This document shows positions 57,120 through 64,000 of a stretch of DNA of 64,000 nt, piece by piece. Below the pieces are notes generated by a model. The model had not been told where the DNA came from, did not search any database, and was given only the letters and a program-made list of their open reading frames with translations. The stretch comes from a virus, in IMG/VR virus record IMGVR_UViG_3300036768_001490, positions 32,001 through 96,000 of that record. One strand, 5' to 3'. Position 1 is the stretch's first letter; every line of letters begins with the position of its first letter. A program made the position numbers and the translations under genes.

Positions 57120-57509
57120 TTACAGCCCGCCGCCGTATCCTGGCATGACCAGGCTGAGAGGACGACGGCGCACCAGATCCCGGCGGGCACTCGCGTCCGA
57201 CGGCATCCCCTGCTGCTGGGCCTTGCGGCAGACCTCGATCATGGCATCCAGGTAGTCTTGCAGGCGCTGCCGGTTGGCCTGGTCGAACTGGTCCTCCGTG
57301 TAGGGCACGCGCCGGCTGTTGTTGAGCATGTCCTGGATGCTGCGCAGGCGGTGCAGGCAGGTGCGGACGGAAATGACCTCATACGAGTTGTCCCGCTCGT
57401 CCTCTATGTGGATAAGGCCGCGCTCGGCCCAGAAGCGGAGAGGACCCAGGCGTACCAGGTCGCCAGCGGTCCCTGTGACCGCGCCGTCCGTGAACGTGGT
57501 ACTTCCCAT
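57120..57509 (-). CDS. Hypothetical protein
   Basis: 129 aa from ATG 57509. Confidence 0.6.
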   Translation of the reverse strand: MGSTTFTDGAVTGTAGDLVRLGPLRFWAERGLIHIEDERDNSYEVISVRTCLHRLRSIQDMLNNSRRVPYTEDQFDQANRQRLQDYLDAMIEVCRKAQQQGMPSDASARRDLVRRRPLSLVMPGYGGGL

Positions 57510-57549
57510 CAGCAAGCCATCCCGTCTTGCCGGCGAAGAGGGATCGGAA

Positions 57550-57576
57550 CCCGCCCCGGCACCGCGCCGGGGCGGG
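57550..57576. terminator. Perfect 11-bp GC stem-loop
   Basis: CCCGCCCCGGC-ACCGC-GCCGGGGCGGG, intergenic; U-tract weak. Confidence 0.4.
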
Positions 57577-57627
57577 CCGTTCGCAGCCCTCCTGCACGTC
57601 GCCACACATCACGTGAGGAGGAAGCTC

Positions 57628-58035
57628 TCAGTACGGCACCCAGTTCTGTGACGGTCCGGCGGCGCCAGGCCAGCCAGCCTGGTTGAACACGTGGACCAGG
57701 CCGTCCACCAGGACAGCGACGAGCCGGAGCCACAGCTTCTTGAGGATGGGATCAATCAGTCCCGCCTCCAGGAATTCCGGCACCTTGGGAATGTCTATCG
57801 GGGCAATGACCTCGTCGTAGAACTTTGCCGCGGCCGCCAGGACGGCCTCCTTCTTGTCCGCGCCGCTGGCGCCGCGGAACTGTTCTGCCAGCAGCACCAG
57901 GAACGTCACGGCCCGGATCGCCATCGACCAGACCTCGTCCAGGGAGAGGTTGGCCGGCATGCTCTCCCGTGCGCGGGTAATGAATTTGGCCACGTGGCCA
58001 TCCATCTGCTCGGTCAGGTTGCTGTCACTGTCCAT
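57628..58035 (-). CDS. Small helical protein, possibly holin-like
   Basis: GASGADKKEAVL motif and amphipathic/hydrophobic helices; assignment weak. Confidence 0.35.
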   Translation of the reverse strand: MDSDSNLTEQMDGHVAKFITRARESMPANLSLDEVWSMAIRAVTFLVLLAEQFRGASGADKKEAVLAAAAKFYDEVIAPIDIPKVPEFLEAGLIDPILKKLWLRLVAVLVDGLVHVFNQAGWPGAAGPSQNWVPY

Positions 58036-58077
58036 TGCATGTCCTCCGTCCAAGTGTCCAGTAAAGTGACCTTCGCC

Positions 58078-59349
58078 CTAGCCGCCAAAGAGCTTGGGGA
58101 CCGCGGCGCCGATGATGCCAAGGGCCACGTTTCCTAACCCGAAGGACTGGGGAGAGAAAGGCGTACCGACTAGCAAGTTGAGGACATCGCCGACCAGCAC
58201 GCCATTCATGTAATTGCCCGCCGCGTTCATGGCCAGCTGCCCCAACTGGTGGAAAGTCACCCGGCCAGGGCGCGACTGCGGGTCGGGCATCTGTTGCGCC
58301 GCGTACATGGCTCCCATCGTCGAGCCGGCCAGCCTCGGTGAGGCCCCCGACTGCCACAGCGTCTGGCCCAGCGCGTTGATGTTGACGTCATAGGTTGACG
58401 GCTGGCGCCGCGCGTCATCGCCCAGAGTGTCGGCGAAAGCCCGCTTGATGAAGAAGTCCACGGCTTTCCGGTAGGGCTCCGCCAGCGGCACGTCCGCCAG
58501 CTGGTCCGACCCTCCCTTACCCATCCACGCCGACCGCGGCGACGGAGAAGGGGAGTTGCCGCCGGCGCCCATGCTGTTGATGCGGATGTCATGAAGCTGC
58601 TGGATAGTGTCCTTCCAGGCACTGCTGGGCTGCTTGCTGGTCGTCAGGCCATCCTTGCCGGAAAGGTCTGCGTTGGACAGGGAGGCCGTGTCGTCCCCCG
58701 GCTCGCCCCGGAGCAGCTCCGGGTCGTTGAAGCGGCGGCCGGTCATCTTGTTGGTGATGCCCCACAGCAGACCAGGAGAAGCACCCACCAGACCGCCAAG
58801 GATGAGCCCCGTGGTGCCCAGGTTGTCGCCGAACTGGTCGGGCAGCACAGAGGCCAATAGCTTGCCTCCGGCCCAGCCCAGGCCGGCGCCAAGCAGGCCC
58901 GATGTCAGCATGGCAGCCAGAGGGGAAGCCTGGTTGGGCAGGCCGATGACCGGATACTGTCCGGGAAAGAAGTTCAGGGCCTCGCCGATGCGCCGCAGCA
59001 CCTTGCTATACGCGACTTTAACCCAGCGCGTGTCCGGGTCCGACAGCTCGTCCAGGGACAGGGGAGACTGCCGCACCGCCGTGCGGCCGGCCCCGTGTTC
59101 CGCCGCCAGCTTGCAGCGGGCGAAATCGGTAGCCGTTGCCTGCGGGGCAAACAGGGCCACGCGGCCGCTGTCCGCGTGGCAGTAGTAGCCGACCGGGCTC
59201 AGAGTGTAGACGCCGGCAGCGCTCTGGCGCACGTCATGGGCCAGGGCGGCGAGCTTCTCGGCCCAGGTGTCGATGGTTTCCGGCAGTTCTTCCCAGCGCA
59301 ACATCCGTGCCTCCCACTTGGGGCCGGGAGAGTCCATTCCCAGGACCAC
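58078..59349 (-). CDS. Glycine-zipper putative internal virion/membrane protein
   Basis: 423 aa; GLLGAGLGWAGG and GLILGGLVGASPG helices; IKRA-F site. Confidence 0.6.
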   Translation of the reverse strand: MVLGMDSPGPKWEARMLRWEELPETIDTWAEKLAALAHDVRQSAAGVYTLSPVGYYCHADSGRVALFAPQATATDFARCKLAAEHGAGRTAVRQSPLSLDELSDPDTRWVKVAYSKVLRRIGEALNFFPGQYPVIGLPNQASPLAAMLTSGLLGAGLGWAGGKLLASVLPDQFGDNLGTTGLILGGLVGASPGLLWGITNKMTGRRFNDPELLRGEPGDDTASLSNADLSGKDGLTTSKQPSSAWKDTIQQLHDIRINSMGAGGNSPSPSPRSAWMGKGGSDQLADVPLAEPYRKAVDFFIKRAFADTLGDDARRQPSTYDVNINALGQTLWQSGASPRLAGSTMGAMYAAQQMPDPQSRPGRVTFHQLGQLAMNAAGNYMNGVLVGDVLNLLVGTPFSPQSFGLGNVALGIIGAAVPKLFGG

Positions 59350-59414
59350 GGCTGCCGCCCATCATAACCGGCCGCTCCTGGCCAATCCAGAGAAAAGAGG
59401 CCAGGGCAGGCCGG

Positions 59415-62228
59415 CTACAGCTCGCAGCGGTCGCCGGTACAGGCCCAGGAGCGCACGGGGCTGGCACTGTCCTCCTGCTCGTAATGCACCAGCTTGGCCC
59501 AGTTAAGCGTGGGAAAGCTGGCCACGAACTCGTCGTACTGCGCGCGGGTGAGTTCCTCGTTGGGGGCGTAGGTGTAGCGGCCGTTGTCCTTGGGCAGGAA
59601 GCTCAGGCCGGTGATATGGTCCCAGTGTTCCTGCCGGTAGACCCAGGCGCCGACCTCCAGCCACTCGTCGGCGTCGATGTAGATGGTGGCGGACACGGAA
59701 TGCTCCGCGTAGTTCTTCTTCCAGCTCAGCCAGTTCTCCAGCTGCTGCACCGCCGTCAGGTCGTCCCGCGTGATGGCCCCCGCCGGCGCCGCCTTGGGGA
59801 AGCCGAAGACCAGCAGCTCGCCCGGTGCCTCCGGGGCCGGCGCGTGCGGCACGCCACTGTCGATCAGGAAGCGGGCGATGGCGCTGTCCTTGCGCTCGCG
59901 CACCCAGCGGACCTGGTAGGGGGCGAAGCGCGGGCTGATGCCGGCTGCGCAGTCAAAAAAGATGCTGGAATCGCCGCCTGGCTTGATGCACGTGTCCGCG
60001 GCAGACAGGGCGATGCCGAAGCGGGGCGCGTACTGGGCCTTGGTGTCATGCACCACCTGCCGGAGGGCGCGCTGCAACTCGGCCAGACCCGCCGCGCCGT
60101 GATGCAGCAACGGGCAGTCGGCGTGGCCGGTGATGTCCACGCCTAGCAGCCGCTCCTCCTCGCAATTCTTCTTCCAGTCCGGCCGGATGTACTGGAACTG
60201 GGTGCAGGTGGACTGCATCAGTCCGAACAAGGTGGCCAGGCGGACCTTCCGCTTCAGGGAGTCCACCGTGTCGTCCGGCCGGGCGACCGCGATGCTCAGG
60301 TTGCAGAACTCATATGGCCGCAGGATGACCTCGGCGCACGGGTTCACGCCGAAGCGGGCCTTCCTGCGCCGCGCCGGCCGGTGGTTGACCGCCGCCTGCC
60401 GGTTGTAAATGCCGCGCTCGCCCGAGCGGGAATTGAGCAGGGCCAGCCACTCCCGCAAGAAGACGTCGATGGGGGGCCGTTCCTCGTAGACGGCCGAGTT
60501 GTTGGCCATCGTCAGGTACTTGCCGTCCGTCCAGTACGTCCGGTCGTTGTACCAGTCCCCCGACTTGATGTCGCGCATGCCGGCCGAGGCCAGATCGGAA
60601 AGGGACAGCGTTGCGGCCCGGCGCACGCCGCCGACCTGGACGATGCGCCCCGTGAAGCAGGCCAGACGGTGGGCGTCCGTGTCATCCAGGTAGCGACCCT
60701 GGCGGGCCAGGATGACGTTACGGCTGAACTCCATCAGCTCCAGAAACGGGCCAGGCCCCGAGGCCAGACCGCCCTTGGTACGAAGACGGCTGCCGGCCGG
60801 ACGCACGCCGCTGACGTCGAAGCGCACGTCATGGCCGTCAAACCAACGCTGGAGGGCCTCGAAGTAGGCCGTGCACCAGCCCTCCGTGCTGTCGGTCACA
60901 GCAAGGACGTCCGCCTTCTTGCCCCGCTGCTTCTTGACGCGCGGCAGCTCGCCGACGTAGTCCGACTCCACGCTGAAGCCGACCCCCGTGCCCTGCATGA
61001 GAATGTAAAGCATCTCAGGGAACGAGAAGATGTCCGCCATCGGCTGGTAGGCGCAGTTGCCAGTAACGATGCAGCCGTCCAGGACAAAGGACTGCTCGCC
61101 TGGCACCTCCAGGCACCAGACGTCCGTGTCCTCGCCGTGGCTGCCCACTTCCAGGACGAGAGGAGGCAAGGAGGCCGCGTCCGTGCCACCGGCGTCCGCG
61201 GCAAGGGACACGGCCTCGGCCGGAGCCGGGCACAGCTTGTCTCCGGCCACGATCCACGGCAGGACGTTGCCGTCCTGGCCAAGCCAGCGGTGGTCGCGCG
61301 TGGCATGCACGACATGCCGCTCTAGCCCCCGCGCCAGCACGATGGGATAGGTCACGTCCCTGCCGTAGCAGCGCACCGTGGCCGTGCGCCAGTTCCCCAT
61401 GTGGGTCAGGACGTCCACCGTGTCACCGTCAGCAAAGTCGAGAAAGGAACGCACGCCGTCCCGCGTCCAGAAGCGCGTGTCACGCCGCAGGCAGTTGTAC
61501 ACGCCGACGTGGCAGCGGTCGAGAGCCGGCCCCGCCATCTGCACCACGCGCAGGGCGGGGGACACCTCCAGGCGGTACATGGCGTCCGCCAGCTCGTCCC
61601 ACTCGGCCGCCGATAGTTTGCCGGCCACCAGCGGCAGGCGCTGGAACCAGGGGATGACCCGCTCGTACACTGCCTCCCGCCACGTCTCGCGCCGGCCGTC
61701 CTGGTCGCGCCAGCGGGAGAACTTGCCCATGAACTGGTAGTATTGCAGGTCGGTCGGAAAGTGCTTCCGGTCCTCCAGGAAGCGCGCGGCAACCTCGGGC
61801 GGGATGGGGCGCAGCTCCCGCGCCCGGCGCCGCTCCTCCCGGTAGTTCTGGTACTGCTCCGCCGCCTCGAACAGGCCGGCGCCCCACAGCTGCTGGATGA
61901 CCAGGCGCTGGACCTCCTCCACCCCCGGACGGGTGATGCCCTGGGCCGCCAGGTTGTTGCAGACGGCACGGGTGATCTGTTCGATCAGCGCCTGCTCCTC
62001 GCCAGCTCCCGGCACAAGGGAAGAAGGGCCACCGGCGTCCGCGCGGATGCTGTGGAAACACCGGGACAGGGCCCGGCGGATCTTGTCCGGGTCGAAGGGG
62101 ACGGCCTGGCCGTCCCGCTTCACGCACGTCCAGCCCGCGGACATTTCCTCGGGAGTGAGTGCTTTGCCGTTGCGAAGACCGGGATGGATGGCCGCTGCGC
62201 GCGCGGCCGACGAAGTGCCATGTTGCAT
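59415..62228 (-). CDS. nrdJ: Class II (adenosylcobalamin) ribonucleotide reductase with N-terminal ATP-cone and a mini-intein
   Basis: VKRDG...FDPDKI ATP-cone; YN/CAY proximal Cys; GTGVGFSV; GVNPCAEVIL...CNLS radical-site motif; C-terminal CTGDRC redox pair. Confidence 0.9.
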   Translation of the reverse strand: MQHGTSSAARAAAIHPGLRNGKALTPEEMSAGWTCVKRDGQAVPFDPDKIRRALSRCFHSIRADAGGPSSLVPGAGEEQALIEQITRAVCNNLAAQGITRPGVEEVQRLVIQQLWGAGLFEAAEQYQNYREERRRARELRPIPPEVAARFLEDRKHFPTDLQYYQFMGKFSRWRDQDGRRETWREAVYERVIPWFQRLPLVAGKLSAAEWDELADAMYRLEVSPALRVVQMAGPALDRCHVGVYNCLRRDTRFWTRDGVRSFLDFADGDTVDVLTHMGNWRTATVRCYGRDVTYPIVLARGLERHVVHATRDHRWLGQDGNVLPWIVAGDKLCPAPAEAVSLAADAGGTDAASLPPLVLEVGSHGEDTDVWCLEVPGEQSFVLDGCIVTGNCAYQPMADIFSFPEMLYILMQGTGVGFSVESDYVGELPRVKKQRGKKADVLAVTDSTEGWCTAYFEALQRWFDGHDVRFDVSGVRPAGSRLRTKGGLASGPGPFLELMEFSRNVILARQGRYLDDTDAHRLACFTGRIVQVGGVRRAATLSLSDLASAGMRDIKSGDWYNDRTYWTDGKYLTMANNSAVYEERPPIDVFLREWLALLNSRSGERGIYNRQAAVNHRPARRRKARFGVNPCAEVILRPYEFCNLSIAVARPDDTVDSLKRKVRLATLFGLMQSTCTQFQYIRPDWKKNCEEERLLGVDITGHADCPLLHHGAAGLAELQRALRQVVHDTKAQYAPRFGIALSAADTCIKPGGDSSIFFDCAAGISPRFAPYQVRWVRERKDSAIARFLIDSGVPHAPAPEAPGELLVFGFPKAAPAGAITRDDLTAVQQLENWLSWKKNYAEHSVSATIYIDADEWLEVGAWVYRQEHWDHITGLSFLPKDNGRYTYAPNEELTRAQYDEFVASFPTLNWAKLVHYEQEDSASPVRSWACTGDRCEL
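61056..61493 (-). mobile_element. Mini-intein (146 aa) in NrdJ
   Basis: C1 LRRDTRF; block B ATRDHRW; end VWCLEVPGEQSFVLDGCIVTGN followed by Cys. Confidence 0.9.
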
Positions 62229-62431
62229 GGCTTCTCCTCCCTATGGACACTGGAAGTACCGTCGTGTGCCCGCGTGCCACCGCACCGGCGCCCTCCGCGC
62301 CTCGCAGCCAGGACCAGTGACGTCCGGCACCTCCCCGGCCCGGTGGTGGCGGGACAGCTACCCGGGACCCAGCGCTCCTGCCCGCGTCCTGCCTTTCCTT
62401 ACGCGCCCGGTCCCGGACTGCCACAGTGCCT

Positions 62432-62437
62432 ATTATA
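62432..62437 (-). promoter_or_regulatory. Candidate sigma70-type -10 box TATAAT upstream of nrdJ
   Basis: Perfect hexamer in the intergenic gap; only a weak -35 (TTCGTA, 18 nt spacer). Confidence 0.45.
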
Positions 62438-62499
62438 CTGCGGTCCGTCCTCTCCTACGAAGTATTTTCCGGCTGACGGCGACGCCCCGGGACAGGCCG

Positions 62500-63603
62500 T
62501 CAGCCGTCCTCCTCCCCTTCCTCATCCTCCTCATCACCCTCCTCGTCGCCGTCGTCCTCCATTTCCATCGCCCCCAGCACGTCCTCCGGCGACAACATGA
62601 CGCAGGTGTCCTCCTGTACGACCGTGACGCTGACCTGCGCCGGGCCGCCTGCCAGCCAACCGTCGCCCCAGTAGGCGTCCGCAGCCACGCCGTCCTCTCC
62701 TGGGCGTCCAGCAGGGACAGGCAGGCAGCAAGCGTCCCGGCCGACACGGACGTCGTCGGCGGGAACCTTGTGCTTCTTCAGCCAGTCCCGTACCTGCTCC
62801 TCGTCCGCGCGGGACGTGCAGACCACGAGGCGGGCGCCGGCATCATGCAGACGGCGGGCCCACTCCAGCGCGCGCTCCCGGGGGCGCCCCAGGCCCGCGC
62901 CGCCCTTCCCTTCCTCCTCATCCTCCTCCTCCGGGCCGCCGTCCAGCAGGACGCTGTCCAGGTCCACCGCCAGGGTAAACGGCTCCTCCTCGGAACGGGC
63001 GCGCTTGACGACCCGCAGGGGGGCCACGGCGTCGGCGCCCTTCTTCGTGTCGTTCCGTCCCAGCACGCCGCGGCGACGGCAGGCGACGACCACGTGGAAG
63101 CCGTGCGTCGAGTCGGGCAGGGAGGGCAGGCCGTAGCTGCGGCGCAGGGCCTGCAACTCGGGGGAATGCACGCGCACGGACCAGATCCTGGCCATCCCAG
63201 GCCAGTGCCAGTCCTCGTCCGGCGCGGACTCGTACAGCCTCCCCAGGGAGTAGTGGAACTGCTTGCCCCGCTCCGTGATCTGGTCCGCGCCGCCGGCCCG
63301 CGCCACCTCCTCGGGGTGCATGACGACGATGTGCGCATTCATCCGGCCGCCGTCCCGTCCCGGCGGCAGCTCGACCCCCGGGGCGCCCAGGGCCGAGAAG
63401 ATGCCGTGGACCAGGGCATTCGGCACGGACAGCAACAGCCAGTCGCCGGCGGACAGGTAGAGCTGGCCGGCCAGGTCCGAGGACAGTTCCGGGGTGCCAC
63501 CGTCCTCCTCATCCTCCGCTGCCTGCTTGGTCAGGGACTGGCCGAGACGAAAGACGGCTGCCACCCAGTCCGGCAGGCCGTCGCGCACGCGCAAGATGGA
63601 CAT
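62500..63603 (-). CDS. 2H-phosphoesterase-like domain fused to a HAD-like phosphatase domain
   Basis: Two His motifs AHIVV and FHVVV about 80 aa apart; then AVDLDSVL (motif I), CTSR (motif II), ADAYWGD (motif IV-like); acidic tail. Confidence 0.55.
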   Translation of the reverse strand: MSILRVRDGLPDWVAAVFRLGQSLTKQAAEDEEDGGTPELSSDLAGQLYLSAGDWLLLSVPNALVHGIFSALGAPGVELPPGRDGGRMNAHIVVMHPEEVARAGGADQITERGKQFHYSLGRLYESAPDEDWHWPGMARIWSVRVHSPELQALRRSYGLPSLPDSTHGFHVVVACRRRGVLGRNDTKKGADAVAPLRVVKRARSEEEPFTLAVDLDSVLLDGGPEEEDEEEGKGGAGLGRPRERALEWARRLHDAGARLVVCTSRADEEQVRDWLKKHKVPADDVRVGRDACCLPVPAGRPGEDGVAADAYWGDGWLAGGPAQVSVTVVQEDTCVMLSPEDVLGAMEMEDDGDEEGDEEDEEGEEDG

Positions 63604-63635
63604 TCGCGCCTCCCCGCGCCTTGCCTGTTCCGCGC

Positions 63636-64000
63636 CTACTTCATGAGCTGGGCAATGATGGCACCCAGGGACATCAGGGCGCTGATGATGACGCCTGCCA
63701 CGCCGGCAAGCAGCTGGCCCTGCGTGACCACCCGCGCCGCCTGGATACCGTTCAGGTGTTTCTGCAAGGAGGCAATGTCCCGCGCGTGCTGACTTTGCAC
63801 CACGGCCGCCCGCGCGTACATGACCTCCAACTCGGCCAGACGGTGCATGAGAGAGGGCTGGCCGTTGCCGTCCCGGACCAGCTTGACCAGCAGCTTGAAG
63901 TCGTCGGCCAATGTCTCCTGGATGCGCTGGATGCCGGCCAGCTGCACGCCCAGGCCGTGCTGGTACTTCGTGTTCTCGCGCAGGTCCGAGCGCAGCTCGC
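63636..64000 (-). CDS. Coiled-coil protein with C-terminal TM helix, possibly lysis-related; start lies beyond the window (partial)
   Basis: Open frame from the right edge; ends LLAGVAGVIISALMSLGAIIAQLMK. Confidence 0.45.
   Translation of the reverse strand, partial: ELRSDLRENTKYQHGLGVQLAGIQRIQETLADDFKLLVKLVRDGNGQPSLMHRLAELEVMYARAAVVQSQHARDIASLQKHLNGIQAARVVTQGQLLAGVAGVIISALMSLGAIIAQLMK

Noticed and set aside
62229-62431. Cobalamin riboswitch upstream of nrdJ
   Set aside because: No B12-box or other conserved elements could be seen; an Rfam scan would settle it.
62470-62506. Inverted repeat CGGCTGACGGC/GCCGTCAGCCG as a terminator for 62500..63603
   Set aside because: Followed by A-rich rather than U-rich sequence on the coding strand, and it overlaps the stop codon.
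96-63792. Many long plus-strand ORFs (e.g. 749..2974, 29152..31404, 43102..45363, 50135..53683)
   Set aside because: Expected shadows in GC-rich DNA; each overlaps a minus-strand gene with recognisable motifs and SD.

Overview
All credible genes in this 64 kb, roughly two-thirds GC window lie on the minus strand. It is part of a large contractile-tailed (myovirus-type) phage genome. Reading in transcription order (right to left) it encodes: a 2H/HAD fusion protein; a B12-dependent class II ribonucleotide reductase with a mini-intein; a cluster of glycine-rich putative internal virion proteins; a deeply divergent two-barrel (beta/beta-prime) RNA polymerase spread over three ORFs; prohead protease, scaffold, decoration and major capsid proteins; collagen-like and 20-aa-repeat appendage proteins; neck, sheath, tube, VgrG-like hub, tail chaperones and tape measure. 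The strongest signal is in the RNA polymerase. The beta ORF ends in an N-intein half and the next ORF starts with the matching C-intein half, so trans-splicing would build one beta/beta-prime(N) catalytic chain. Three further cis-inteins sit in the same enzyme. A second signal is strong enrichment of K-x-A tripeptides in head-associated proteins, which looks like a prohead-protease cleavage or packaging code and includes a tail fused to the RNAP. No portal, terminase, tRNA, rRNA or CRISPR array was recognised. Structural assignments rest on motif recognition and gene order, not on database searches.
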